Source: an uncultured Methanospirillum sp. (GTDB lineage Archaea > Halobacteriota > Methanomicrobia > Methanomicrobiales > Methanospirillaceae). Taken from it: a stretch of DNA of 64,000 nucleotides. Shown one piece after another: positions 41,475 to 51,921 of the stretch; position 1 is the first letter of the stretch; every line of letters starts with the position of its first letter. The notes beneath the pieces were generated by a model. The model saw nothing but the letters and a program-made list of their open reading frames with translations, was not told where the DNA came from and ran no database searches. The stretch is from positions 1-64,000 of the forward strand of contig CAZWTX010000009.1 in the NCBI GenBank assembly GCA_964637135.1, written 5' to 3'. A program made the position numbers and the translations under genes.

Positions 41475-41999
41475 ATGCAATTGAGATATCTGGCCGGATT
41501 TTTTGTTCTCGTTCTAATGGCAACGACCATTTCTGTCTCAACCGCACAGAGTGGCGAAGAACTATTTGATCAAGGTACTGTTCATTTTGAAAATTCTGAA
41601 TATGCCGAGGCAATAGCGCTTTGGAACCAGTCGATGAGTATCGAACCCAGTCTCACGGCAAATGCATATTATAACATCGGTCTTGCATATGCCGCGACGA
41701 AGGATTATGAACATGCACTGGAAGCATGGAACAGGACAGTTGAGCTCGTTCCTGCATCAGGGATAGCCCACAACAACAAAGGAACTGCCCTGGCATTCCT
41801 TGGCCGGAACCAGGAAGCCCAGGAGGAGTATGCGCTTGCCGTCCAGCTTGAGCCTGATAATGCCAAGTTCAAGGCAGATCTCGCCATTCATAAAAAACTG
41901 CTTGAGGAGCAGACCCAGACGCCGATCTCACCGGTGATCGCCATCCTTGCCCTGGCCGGGGTCTGTCTCATCTTCACCCGGGTCAGAAACCGGGATTAA
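41475..41999 (+). CDS. Exported TPR protein with C-terminal TM/sorting-like tail
   Basis: Signal peptide; TPRs AYYNIGLAY and AHNNKGTAL; tail TPISP-hydrophobic-RVRNRD. Confidence 0.85.
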   Translation: MQLRYLAGFFVLVLMATTISVSTAQSGEELFDQGTVHFENSEYAEAIALWNQSMSIEPSLTANAYYNIGLAYAATKDYEHALEAWNRTVELVPASGIAHNNKGTALAFLGRNQEAQEEYALAVQLEPDNAKFKADLAIHKKLLEEQTQTPISPVIAILALAGVCLIFTRVRNRD

Positions 42000-42049
42000 T
42001 TTCCCGGAGCCGGAAACATATTTTTTTCATCCATTCAATACCGTCTGAT

Positions 42050-43726
42050 ATGGGTGTTATCAACAGGTACCGGATTCCCGGCCTGATCGTTTTCGCACTG
42101 GTATGTACCGGAGTGACATTCTTTCCAGATTTGCCTGCCGCCGGCATCATGAACCCGGTTACGGCTGCAGTATCCCCCCCAGATATCATCGGTGTCCAAA
42201 TCAGCCTTCCGGCGAATTTCACGGCAGGTAGTGATGTAATCATTACGGATTACCTGAGAAACGCCGGTTCAACTGAAAGCAGTGCATGTGCCATCAGTTA
42301 CAGTCTTGTCCCTGCCGGTGCCGATATCATGGATCCTGAAACCAGGATTTTTGTCGGGAAGACCGATATCGGGAGGCTTAATCCGAATGCACAGAGAAAA
42401 GTCACCATAACCCTCTCGATTCCCGGATCAACAGAACCGGGTTCCTACTACCTGGTTCGTGAGATCGATCCTGACGGTCAGATGGCGGGAGAGATCCGGA
42501 CAAACAACCTTCAGCGTTCGAAGGATACGATCATGGTGACCACCGGGTCATCTGTTCCGGATGGGATCACCGGGAGAATCACTACCGTTTCAGGATCCCT
42601 TCAGGCAGGGGGCACGGTAGCGCTTTCCACATCGGTTATGAATGAAAATGAGGAGGATTCCGAATCCTTCACCGTGTATTATTATCTCTCTGATACAAAG
42701 TCGCTGTCAGACCAGGCGGTCCTGATCGGTTCCAGCGAAGTTGATAGCGTTTCCGGCGGGGAAACGGGTGAAATTACCGGATCATTCATTCTTCCCGATT
42801 CTCTGCAGCCAGGAGAATGGTACCTCTTCACCTCCTTTGTGCCGGCCGTCGGGATCACGTCGGAGGATCATGCCGGATGGTACTGGTATGACGATGAACC
42901 TATCCGAATCACGCGAGTCAGCCCGGAACCAGTCGCTGCAGGAACTCCTGTATCACCGGAGCCTGATATCGTCAGTCTTGAAACAACCATCCCGGATTAC
43001 GTCTACCTGGATGAGAGTTTTACGATTCCGGATAGCGTCGCCAATGTCGGAGGAACAACCGCGAGTATTGTCAGGGTTGAATACCTCCTCTCCACGGAAT
43101 CAGACGGATCCGATGGACGGCATATCGGGTGGTGGACCCTCATGAACCTCGATGCCGGTGAAACAAGAAGTTCGCGTGAGACACTCGGAATTCCATCATC
43201 AGTCAGGCCCGGACTGTATTACCTGGTCAGGAAAATCACGGTCACCTCAAACCCGCCGGAGAAAAACACCGGAAACAACGTATGGATAAGCAATACTCCC
43301 TTCATCATCAGGTACAGCCCCTCGGCATCCGTGCCTGATCTGACCCATATCAGAACCATCTTCCCCTGTGGAAACCCTGGGGACACCGTTCAGATTACTG
43401 ATACCATCTCAAACATAGGAAATACCTGCGCTGAAGGATTCTCCGTTGCCTATTACGTGTCTCCGTATGATACTTTTGATCCGGCAACTGCCACGTACCT
43501 TGGCGTATGGACCCCTGACCGGATCTGCCCGGGCGAGCAGAAAACCCAGACCACCGGGGTTACCATTCCAGGAAGCCTGAAAAACGGATCATACTACTGG
43601 TACTCGGTCATCGATCCCTGCGGGTATCTTCCTGACTGCTATGACTACCTGCCTGAACTTGACAAGACAAATAACCTGAATGCCGGGACCCTTTATATTG
43701 GTCCATGTGTATTCTGCGGATGCTGA
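42050..43726 (+). CDS. Secreted multi-CARDB (Ig-like) protein
   Basis: About four repeats of PD(I/L)...N.G...Y.LS...(I/L)P....G.YY; Cys-rich last domain ending CVFCGC. Confidence 0.75.
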   Translation: MGVINRYRIPGLIVFALVCTGVTFFPDLPAAGIMNPVTAAVSPPDIIGVQISLPANFTAGSDVIITDYLRNAGSTESSACAISYSLVPAGADIMDPETRIFVGKTDIGRLNPNAQRKVTITLSIPGSTEPGSYYLVREIDPDGQMAGEIRTNNLQRSKDTIMVTTGSSVPDGITGRITTVSGSLQAGGTVALSTSVMNENEEDSESFTVYYYLSDTKSLSDQAVLIGSSEVDSVSGGETGEITGSFILPDSLQPGEWYLFTSFVPAVGITSEDHAGWYWYDDEPIRITRVSPEPVAAGTPVSPEPDIVSLETTIPDYVYLDESFTIPDSVANVGGTTASIVRVEYLLSTESDGSDGRHIGWWTLMNLDAGETRSSRETLGIPSSVRPGLYYLVRKITVTSNPPEKNTGNNVWISNTPFIIRYSPSASVPDLTHIRTIFPCGNPGDTVQITDTISNIGNTCAEGFSVAYYVSPYDTFDPATATYLGVWTPDRICPGEQKTQTTGVTIPGSLKNGSYYWYSVIDPCGYLPDCYDYLPELDKTNNLNAGTLYIGPCVFCGC

Positions 43727-43789
43727 CCGGTACCGTCAGGGGATTTACCGGTACACAACCTTTTTTCATTATCAGCACAATGAGGTACT

Positions 43790-44356
43790 ATGGTGGGAGA
43801 GGCAGTCGGGGTCAGCTCTTCTGCGCCCGGACCCGATAACGGGCATGAGCGTCCTTCTTTCGGAGGAGCGAAGAAATCGGAGGAGAGTGCCGAAGAATCA
43901 TTCCAGATCGTCGAATTTCTCCTCGGACAGGAACATTTCGCTATCAATCTCTACGATGTCAAAGAGGTGGTGGAGTATACCCGGATAACAAAACTCCCCA
44001 ACAGTTCGTCCTACATCAAGGGGATCATCGATCTCAGGGGGGAGATTACGACCATCATCGATCTGAAACAGCATCTCGGTATCACGTCAGGGGGAGTGAG
44101 TTCAGAAGAGGAATCACGGATCATTGTCCTTGACGACAAGCTCACTAATTCGAAGATCGGGATCATGGTGGATGATGTCCTGACCGTGAGTACCTGTTAT
44201 AAAAACCAGGTGGATGAGACCGCGACATCAGGTGATGACACGAGCCACATCCTCGGGATCATCAAGAAGAAGATCAGGGATCGGGACCGGGACATCACCG
44301 AGCTGATCATCTGGCTGGATGTAAAAAACCTGCTTATAGAGATGGGGACTATCTGA
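43790..44356 (+). CDS. cheW: Orphan CheW
   Basis: ITKLPNSSSYIKGIIDLRGEITTIIDL, GIMVDDV. Confidence 0.92.
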   Translation: MVGEAVGVSSSAPGPDNGHERPSFGGAKKSEESAEESFQIVEFLLGQEHFAINLYDVKEVVEYTRITKLPNSSSYIKGIIDLRGEITTIIDLKQHLGITSGGVSSEEESRIIVLDDKLTNSKIGIMVDDVLTVSTCYKNQVDETATSGDDTSHILGIIKKKIRDRDRDITELIIWLDVKNLLIEMGTI

Positions 44357-44392
44357 CCAGCCTGGATGCTGCCGGTTATCCGGTAGCGATAT

Positions 44393-45406
44393 TCAGTCCT
44401 CTTCTTCAAGCATCATCTCGTAGTTAATCACGTTTTCGGCAATATCGGCAGAATATTCACCAGCACGCCGGATGCTGTCGGTGATATTGCGGATCGGAAC
44501 TGCCACTGGGGTCTGGAGCCTGAGCACCTCGTCATTGATGGTGAGGTAGATCTCTTCCAGTTTATGGATCGAGACGATCGTCTTGTTTGCTTTCTTGAGA
44601 TCATGGGTGAAGAACGCCTCGATACTCTTCTCAAAGGTGACAATTGCATCATCGGAAGCCTTTTTCAACTGGGTGAGGATGGGCTCGCCGATATCTGACG
44701 GGTTGACCTTCATGGCATTGCGTGCAATTCGCACGGCATGATCACTCACCCGCTCGATGATCCGTGCGACCTGGAAGTGGGGCAGCATCTCTGCGACGGT
44801 GGTGTTCATCTTCCGGGAGAGGTGGATATTGTGCATGATCATGTTCGTCTGGCGGGCAATCAGCCAGAACAGGCGATCCACGTCACAATCCCGGTCGATT
44901 ACATCCTGTGCAAGATCCCCGTTATGCGAAATCAGCGAATCGATGGCATCGTAATGCATCCCCTTTGCAATGACAAACATCCGCTTCAGCGAGTTTTCAA
45001 AGGGCATCTCAAGGGGATTGAGAAGATCCTTGAGAACAATGGACTGATCAGTCTCCTCTACGAATTCAGGACCGATAACCATATTGGAGAACTCACGCAG
45101 TTTCATCCTGATGTGCCCGGGTACCCGGTCCTTTGCATTGATCTGGATCGTATTATACCCGGCAATATAGATACCAATCAATAACCGGAGAAAATAATCC
45201 GGGTCGGTATTCTGATCTACTTCGAGTTCTTTCATCCGCTGGATCTGGTCACCGCTGATGTTTTTCGTGACCAGGAGGGTTCCATCTGACTGGACTAACA
45301 CGCCCAGCGGATCATTCTTTTTGATCTGGAGCGACTCCACCCAGTCTTTCGGAAGGGTGATGACATACGATGACCCCCCGGTCATCTGAACCCGGCGAAT
45401 TTCCAT
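44393..45406 (-). CDS. Archaeal AbrB-PhoU phosphate uptake regulator
   Basis: MEIRRVQMTGGSSYVITLPKDW (AbrB) plus PhoU repeats DVDRLF, ERVSDHA, EYSADIAE. Confidence 0.92.
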   Translation of the reverse strand: MEIRRVQMTGGSSYVITLPKDWVESLQIKKNDPLGVLVQSDGTLLVTKNISGDQIQRMKELEVDQNTDPDYFLRLLIGIYIAGYNTIQINAKDRVPGHIRMKLREFSNMVIGPEFVEETDQSIVLKDLLNPLEMPFENSLKRMFVIAKGMHYDAIDSLISHNGDLAQDVIDRDCDVDRLFWLIARQTNMIMHNIHLSRKMNTTVAEMLPHFQVARIIERVSDHAVRIARNAMKVNPSDIGEPILTQLKKASDDAIVTFEKSIEAFFTHDLKKANKTIVSIHKLEEIYLTINDEVLRLQTPVAVPIRNITDSIRRAGEYSADIAENVINYEMMLEEED

Positions 45407-45432
45407 ATATTTTTCCCACAGAGTATGGGTCA

Positions 45433-45459
45433 CTCCAGATATATATAGTGCATCTGGAG
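45433..45459. promoter_or_regulatory. 8-bp inverted repeat flanking a TATA-like element between the regulator and pstCA
   Basis: ctccagat-atatatagtgc-atctggag. Confidence 0.5.
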
Positions 45460-45501
45460 GGATCAGGATGACCCGGATGAATCGATGATGACTATACTCT
45501 C

Positions 45502-47568
45502 ATGGGGGAATCCGGATGTCATACCCGGGAAAACAAAGACTGGCAGAAAAAACAGGACATACGAAAACTTTTTCCCGTGCAGCCCACGTCTCAATGTATT
45601 GATCTGGATGTAAAACCCATGAATCCCCTGCAGAAAAGATACCCGTCTTTCATGAGAAGAACCGGTTCAACCAGCGTTTCTGAGATCCTTATCCGGTATA
45701 CCTGGTTTGTCTGCGCCATCTTTGCGATTGTTGCCATCTTCTTCATCCTTGCCTTTCTCCTGATGGATGCAGCACCGGCATTCTTCGAGATCGGCCTGAT
45801 TCCCTTCCTGACCGGTGACCGGTGGGATCCGACGAGCATGATCCCGAAATACGGGGTATTTCCCCTGATCGTCGGAACCGTGCTCGTCACCATCGGATCG
45901 ATGCTCTTTGCGGTACCGCTTGGTCTTGCAAGTGCGATATTTATTGCCGAACTGGCAGGCCCACGCCTGCGGAATATCCTTAAACCCGCCGTCGAACTCC
46001 TCGCCGGTATCCCGTCTGTCGTTTACGGGTTCTTCGGACTGGTCGTTCTTGTCAGGTGGATCCAGGTCGGATTTGATATATCCAGCGGCGAATCGATCCT
46101 TGCGGGATCCATTCTTCTTGGTATCATGGCACTCCCGACGATCATCAGTGTCTCGGAGGACGCCCTGAGTGCGGTTCCCCGGTACCTGGCTGAAGGATCC
46201 CTGGCTATCGGGGCCACTCACTGGCAGACCATTATCCGCGTCCTGATCCCCGGGGCGCTGTCTGGAATTACCGCTGCAATAATTCTTGGTATGGGAAGGG
46301 CGGTCGGCGAGACGATGGCCGTAATTATGGTGACCGGGAACGCGGCGATCATACCGGATCCCATCTGGAATATGCTCTCGCCGGTCCGGACCCTAACCGG
46401 GACGCTCGGGATAGAGATGGGAGAAGTGGCGGTCGGATCACTCCATTACCATGGACTCTTCGGAGTCGCGGTCATCCTGCTCCTGATCACGCTCCTGATC
46501 AACATGGCCGCCCTCTTCATGATGAAACATCTCCGGCAGAACCAGACCGGGGGGAAAAAGAAAGGAAATCACGGATGGGTCACTGAACAACTGGCCACGC
46601 TCACCCCATACCTGTTCCCGGTTCTGGTCGCCGGCCTCGTGCTGGTTACCGCCGCTGCCGGTGCAGGACTGATCGCTGCAGGAATCCTTGCGGCTGGTGC
46701 GGTCTGGTATGTTCTCGAACGGTGGGGAACCCGGCAGATGGTCCAGAAAGTCTCATTTGGCTGTATCACCAGCCTGATGTGCCTTGTCGTGGCCATTCTT
46801 ATCTTCATCTTTTACGACATCTTCTCAAACGGTCTTCCGTACATCACCTGGGACTTTCTCACCGAGGCACCGAAAAACCTTGGGAGATCGGGGGGGATCT
46901 TCCCGGCTATCATCGGAACCTGCTATCTTGTGATCGGATCCATCCTTATCGCCCTGCCCATCGGGATTGGAGCCGCCATCTACCTGGTTGAGTATACCCG
47001 GGAGAACATCCTGACCCGGGTAATCAGAACCGCCACCGATCTTTTAAACGGGACTCCGTCCATCGTTTTCGGTCTTTTCGGATTCACCTTCCTCGTTCTG
47101 TTCCTGAATTTCGGGATCTCACTTCTGGCCGGGATGATAACCCTTGCCCTGATGGTTCTTCCGACCATCATCCGGACCACCGAGGAAGCACTCCGGAGTG
47201 TTCCGGACAGTCTTAAGGAGGGATCACTGGCCCTTGGTGCAACCCACTGGCAGACGATCCGCAGAGTTATCCTCCCCCCTGCAGTCCCGGGCATCATCAC
47301 GGGATCGATTCTCTCCATCGGCAGGGCGGCCGGTGAAACCGCTCCGATCATGTTCACCGCGGTCGTCTTCATGCAGCGCAGGCTGCCCGACTCCCTCCTC
47401 GATCCGGTGATGGCCCTCCCGTATCACCTCTTCATCCTGGCAACCACCGTGCCGGGGGCACGAAACAACCAGTATGCAACCGCAGTCGTTCTGCTCGTTC
47501 TCGTGATCATCATCTATGGCATTGCAATTCTCACCAGGCAGCATTTTGACCGACAGGTCAGGTGGTAA
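45502..47568 (+). CDS. Fused phosphate ABC permease PstC-PstA (true start probably 45619 or 45652)
   Basis: Two permease halves in one frame: [12 protein letters not shown]...RAVGETMAV and [10 protein letters not shown]...RAAGETAP. Confidence 0.92.
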   Translation: MGESGCHTRENKDWQKKQDIRKLFPVQPTSQCIDLDVKPMNPLQKRYPSFMRRTGSTSVSEILIRYTWFVCAIFAIVAIFFILAFLLMDAAPAFFEIGLIPFLTGDRWDPTSMIPKYGVFPLIVGTVLVTIGSMLFAVPLGLASAIFIAELAGPRLRNILKPAVELLAGIPSVVYGFFGLVVLVRWIQVGFDISSGESILAGSILLGIMALPTIISVSEDALSAVPRYLAEGSLAIGATHWQTIIRVLIPGALSGITAAIILGMGRAVGETMAVIMVTGNAAIIPDPIWNMLSPVRTLTGTLGIEMGEVAVGSLHYHGLFGVAVILLLITLLINMAALFMMKHLRQNQTGGKKKGNHGWVTEQLATLTPYLFPVLVAGLVLVTAAAGAGLIAAGILAAGAVWYVLERWGTRQMVQKVSFGCITSLMCLVVAILIFIFYDIFSNGLPYITWDFLTEAPKNLGRSGGIFPAIIGTCYLVIGSILIALPIGIGAAIYLVEYTRENILTRVIRTATDLLNGTPSIVFGLFGFTFLVLFLNFGISLLAGMITLALMVLPTIIRTTEEALRSVPDSLKEGSLALGATHWQTIRRVILPPAVPGIITGSILSIGRAAGETAPIMFTAVVFMQRRLPDSLLDPVMALPYHLFILATTVPGARNNQYATAVVLLVLVIIIYGIAILTRQHFDRQVRW

Positions 47569-47572
47569 CCCA

Positions 47573-48334
47573 ATGAATGAAGACACAATAATAAACGTCA
47601 CAGACCTGAACCTCTGGTACGGGGAAAACCACGCCCTTCACGGGATAACCCTTCCCATCGCGAATCGCCGGGTAACCGCCCTGATCGGCCCGTCAGGATG
47701 TGGAAAATCGACACTCATCCGTTGCTTCAACCGGATGAATGATCTGGTACCTGAATGCCGGGTCAGGGGATCGGTAACCTACCATGGGAAGAACATCTAC
47801 GGAGACCATGCGGATCCGGTTGCGATCAGAATGAAGATCGGGATGGTCTTTCAGAAACCCAATCCGTTTCCAAAGAGCATCTATGAAAATATCGCCTATG
47901 GGCCCCGTGTTCACGGAGAGAAAGATAAAAAGAAGATAGACACGATCGTCCAGAACTGCCTGAAGAAAGCAGCCCTCTGGGACGAAGTCAGGGACCGGCT
48001 CCATGACTCGGCGATAGGACTCTCCGGCGGACAGCAGCAGAGACTCTGTATTGCCCGGACCCTTGCCGTCAATCCGGAGGTCATCCTGATGGATGAACCC
48101 TGTAGTGCTCTCGATCCCATCGCAACGTCAAAGATTGAAGATCTCATCGAGGAACTGAAACAGGATTACTGCGTCATTATCGTCACCCATAGCATGTCAC
48201 AGGCTGCACGGGTATCGGATTATACCGCATTCATGTACCTTGGGGACCTCGTTGAATTCGGAGAAACACGGCAGATATTTGAGAATCCAAAGAAAGAACT
48301 GACTGAAAACTATATCACCGGACGGTTTGGATGA
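47573..48334 (+). CDS. pstB: Phosphate ABC ATPase
   Basis: [37 protein letters not shown]. Confidence 0.96.
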   Translation: MNEDTIINVTDLNLWYGENHALHGITLPIANRRVTALIGPSGCGKSTLIRCFNRMNDLVPECRVRGSVTYHGKNIYGDHADPVAIRMKIGMVFQKPNPFPKSIYENIAYGPRVHGEKDKKKIDTIVQNCLKKAALWDEVRDRLHDSAIGLSGGQQQRLCIARTLAVNPEVILMDEPCSALDPIATSKIEDLIEELKQDYCVIIVTHSMSQAARVSDYTAFMYLGDLVEFGETRQIFENPKKELTENYITGRFG

Positions 48335-48343
48335 GGGATACCA

Positions 48344-48994
48344 ATGACAGAAAAGATCAGGACTGAACTGGACCAGATTCACACCAACGCCACTGAACTC
48401 GGGCGATTCGCACTTAATATGCTCAGGGACAGTATCGATGCATTCGAACAGGGCGATAGTGTCAGAGCCGCAGAGATTGCCGGACGGAAAGCAGAACTGA
48501 AGAGACGGTTTATCGAGATGGAAGAGTCGATGTTCCAGTCACTCGCGATGTACCAGCCGGTTGCGCGTGATATGCGGCTTATTGTCACATCTATCAGGCT
48601 CATTTATAATTTTGAGCGGATCGGGAGGATGGGATACGATATCGCCGAAACGATAACCGTCATCTCCCGCTGCTCAGGACTCATCGAACCGCGTGATCTG
48701 ATTACCATGGGGAGGATGGTGATCGCGATGATATCGGATGCGCTCGATGCTTTTGAGAGGAGGGATGCCTCGCAGATCATGACCATGCGGGAGCGGGACC
48801 GCGAGGTGGACAGTCTGTACTGCGACATCATTGCCGATCTCATCAACCGGATGAAGGAAGACAAAACAACGGTACCGGTTCTTACCAGGTACGTGATCAT
48901 CGACCGGTACCTTGAGCGGTGCGGGGACCAGGCATGCAATATCGCCGAGATGACCGTATACATGATCACCGGTGAACGTGTCGAGATCCAATGA
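48344..48994 (+). CDS. phoU: Phosphate signalling protein PhoU
   Basis: QPVARDMR, ERIG, DREVD, LERCGD...NIAE. Confidence 0.93.
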   Translation: MTEKIRTELDQIHTNATELGRFALNMLRDSIDAFEQGDSVRAAEIAGRKAELKRRFIEMEESMFQSLAMYQPVARDMRLIVTSIRLIYNFERIGRMGYDIAETITVISRCSGLIEPRDLITMGRMVIAMISDALDAFERRDASQIMTMRERDREVDSLYCDIIADLINRMKEDKTTVPVLTRYVIIDRYLERCGDQACNIAEMTVYMITGERVEIQ

Positions 48995-49034
48995 CCAGCT
49001 TCTTTCTTTTTGCCGGCTGCATACCAGTTATCTG

Positions 49035-49478
49035 ATGGATGATCGGCTGACGGTACGGTTCAGGGTGGTGCAGTCCTGGGATCCTGCCGAGATTGTTGCC
49101 CTGTACCGGGCGGCAGGCTGGTGGGATGATCAGTATGATCCAGCAGGTATTATCCCCCTTATCAGGGGGAGTTACCGGTTTGTCGTCGGAACCGGTGCTG
49201 AAGGAACCGCTATCGCCATGGGAAGACTGCTTTCAGATGGCTTGTTCACCGGGATCATCCATGACCTCTGCGTTCTTCCGGCATTCCGTGGACAGGATAT
49301 CGGAACAGGGCTCATCTCGGTTCTCGTCGCGGAGGCAGCGGCTGCCGGACTGACCCGGGTATACCTTGTCGCAGAGCCGGGTACCGATCGGTTTTATGAA
49401 AAATCAGGGTTTATCAGGGAGCAGGATCTCATATTTCTGATACAGGCCGGCCATAATGAGGACAACCAGGATCCATGA
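49035..49478 (+). CDS. GNAT acetyltransferase
   Basis: LCVLPAFRGQDIG, FYEKSGF; start placed at MDDRL. Confidence 0.88.
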   Translation: MDDRLTVRFRVVQSWDPAEIVALYRAAGWWDDQYDPAGIIPLIRGSYRFVVGTGAEGTAIAMGRLLSDGLFTGIIHDLCVLPAFRGQDIGTGLISVLVAEAAAAGLTRVYLVAEPGTDRFYEKSGFIREQDLIFLIQAGHNEDNQDP

Positions 49479-50379
49479 AGAGGATTTTCACCGGATAACG
49501 CTCGATGACAAACCCGACTTTGATCGCATTTTCCGTCAGTACCCTATATCTAATTCTGAGAATACGTTTGGAACGCTCTTTTGCTGGGGTCATTACGGGA
49601 ATTATACATACCAGATTGTGGACGGGTGCCTTGTTATCAGGGGAGAGACCGAACTCTACCAGTCATTCCGGACCCCAATCGGACCGAGAAACAAGGACAT
49701 TCTCGACGCAGTGGTGGATCTTGCACTCGAAACCGGCCAGGAGAACCCGCTCCTCGTTCTTGAACCCTGGCAACAACTCTGGGTCAGGGAGGTCAGGCCA
49801 GATCTCGTGCTCAGCCAGGATCGGAACTTCTCAGAGTACGTGTACCGGACCGAAGATCTTGCCGTTCTTCCCGGGAAGAGTTACCTGATGATCAGGAAAC
49901 AACTGAACCGGTACCGGAGCCGGTGCACGTCCACCGTTGAACCGGTAACCCCGGATAATGTCGGTGAGATCCATGAATTTCTCGCTAAATGGTGCCAGTG
50001 GCGCGAGTGCGACAAGTACACGATCCTCAAACAGGAGAAACAGGCCATCCTCCTTGCACTCGATAGATTCGAGGAACTCGGGTTATCAGGGCTTGCCATC
50101 AGGGCACAGAACGGGATCTCCGGGCTTGCCATCTATGAAGAACTCAATCCGTCAACGGCAGTCATCCACTTCGAGAAAGGGCTTCCCGACTGCGAGGGGA
50201 TCTACAAGGAGATCAACAACCAGACTGCCCTTGCCCTTCGTGACACCTACCAATACATCAACCGGGAGAGTGACATGGGCATGCCCGGGCTTCGTGAATC
50301 AAAGGAACGGTACCACCCGGATCACATGGTCGATCTCTACTACCTGGATACCGCACGGACAAAAAAACTGAGATCATGA
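49456..50379 (+). CDS. DUF2156 (stand-alone aminoacyl-phosphatidylglycerol synthase C-terminal-like) protein
   Basis: EYVYRTEDLAVLPGK, HFEKG, YINRESDMGMPGLRESKERYHP. Confidence 0.85.
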   Translation: MRTTRIHEEDFHRITLDDKPDFDRIFRQYPISNSENTFGTLFCWGHYGNYTYQIVDGCLVIRGETELYQSFRTPIGPRNKDILDAVVDLALETGQENPLLVLEPWQQLWVREVRPDLVLSQDRNFSEYVYRTEDLAVLPGKSYLMIRKQLNRYRSRCTSTVEPVTPDNVGEIHEFLAKWCQWRECDKYTILKQEKQAILLALDRFEELGLSGLAIRAQNGISGLAIYEELNPSTAVIHFEKGLPDCEGIYKEINNQTALALRDTYQYINRESDMGMPGLRESKERYHPDHMVDLYYLDTARTKKLRS

Positions 50380-50410
50380 AGAAGGGATCATGAAGAGGGG
50401 ATCCTGAAGG
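50372..50410. repeat. Short 14-bp tandem repeat (about 3 copies) starting in the DUF2156 stop codon region
   Basis: gatcatgaagaagg gatcatgaagaggg gatcctgaagg. Confidence 0.6.
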
Positions 50411-50493
50411 AACCCTGATGATCCCGCAGGGATGCCTTAGGGATATTATCCTACGAATTTTATACTACTGACATCAATACTTCAGAAGCGATA

Positions 50494-51921
50494 ATGCTTC
50501 TGAGGCTACATATCGGGATTTGGCTCATATTCATTCTTTTATGTATGGGAGTGACCGGTAGCCACGGGTATGGACGGGCCGCAGATGTCTCTATCGGGAC
50601 GATCATCGACACGGTGGGGATGGTTGATGACCGGACCGTCTATGTATCGCAGAATGCGGACGGGGATTCAAATTATTCCCTGAGCATGTACCGTGACTCG
50701 ACACTCACGAACGGCGGTGCACTGACTATGCAGAAATCGTTCACCGGCGAGGGGCCGGCCGGTACGGCCGCTGCCCTTGATGTCACCAAAATCCTGACAT
50801 ACGATGCCGGGGAGACCGGGGCCCACCTTGCTGCATCTGAGAGCCTCATCCGGATATCGAGTGGAACAGACGGGGATGCAGGCAAACCGTTCTGTGTCTT
50901 TTCCGGTGGATCATCAAACGAGACAGAACTCTACGAAACGGCAACCGCAACCCTCTCGATACTCAATGCACGAACCCTCGGCCTTTCCAGTTCCTCCCAG
51001 GTAACCGGCAGAGCACTTGACTATTCGGTCTCCATCGGGGGCATCAGGAGGAACGGGACAGAGATACCGGGGACAGGATCGGTGATCACCTCCCTGAACC
51101 AGCAGTCTGTGTCAGGGGATGATACGGCTTCGCTATCCGAGAGGACGCTCGTATCAGGGTTCATCACCCTCATCAACCGGATGTACCATGCCGGGGAGGA
51201 AACTGATATCTCAGCAGTCACTCGGTCCGACGGTATGATCTCCCGCGAGGTTACCGCAGTCAGGGAAGGAGAGGTTCAGAATGCTTCCAATGTCACGGAG
51301 TGGACCGGGACAACGGTATACACGGCTGACCTGCTTGCGAACGGCGGCAACCTGAGTGAGCTCCACACCGTCAGGGACGACGGGGGAATTTCATCTGACC
51401 GGATCCTCTCCTATCACACGAATGATTCCACTGCCATACAGGCCGGAGAACTGGCACTCGTGCAGACTGATGGAAAAACCACCGATTCATCAGGGATACC
51501 GACCTGTGTCATGGCAACTGGTGGTTCTGATGACGGCAGCGGAGCAATGCAGAGTATCCATGCAAACTCCCAGATCATGGGCGTGGCATCTGCAGAGGCA
51601 CAGTCTTCTGCACGGATCTCTGCAGGAGCCGGGGAAACCGGTATAGCCTTCTCCTACCAGGCAGATATCAGGTCACCCTCAGGGTTTGATCCGTCATCAT
51701 TCGCAGCGATGAGCGATCCGGACAAGGACGGGCGGTACGAGGATCTTAACGGAAACGGCCGGCTGGACCTCCAGGATCTCGTCATGATGTTCAGGAACAT
51801 CGATGGTCTTGCGACGTCCAACCTGACCGGACAGGTTGATTACAATACCAACGGACGGGTTGACTTTGCCGATGTGGTCCTCCTCTTTACTGAACTGACC
51901 GGCCGAAAAGAGGGGAATTAA
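50494..51921 (+). CDS. Secreted protein with two sheath-protein (MspA)-like units and a C-terminal dockerin/EF-hand-like domain
   Basis: Signal peptide; internal duplication (NGG...IL(T/S)Y...CV); C-terminal DLNGNGRLDLQD...DYNTNGRVDFADVV. Confidence 0.7.
   Translation: MLLRLHIGIWLIFILLCMGVTGSHGYGRAADVSIGTIIDTVGMVDDRTVYVSQNADGDSNYSLSMYRDSTLTNGGALTMQKSFTGEGPAGTAAALDVTKILTYDAGETGAHLAASESLIRISSGTDGDAGKPFCVFSGGSSNETELYETATATLSILNARTLGLSSSSQVTGRALDYSVSIGGIRRNGTEIPGTGSVITSLNQQSVSGDDTASLSERTLVSGFITLINRMYHAGEETDISAVTRSDGMISREVTAVREGEVQNASNVTEWTGTTVYTADLLANGGNLSELHTVRDDGGISSDRILSYHTNDSTAIQAGELALVQTDGKTTDSSGIPTCVMATGGSDDGSGAMQSIHANSQIMGVASAEAQSSARISAGAGETGIAFSYQADIRSPSGFDPSSFAAMSDPDKDGRYEDLNGNGRLDLQDLVMMFRNIDGLATSNLTGQVDYNTNGRVDFADVVLLFTELTGRKEGN

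Noticed and set aside
50372..50456. Short repeats as a possible CRISPR or mobile-element end
   Set aside because: The 14-bp units have no spacers and no cas or transposase gene is nearby; probably slippage
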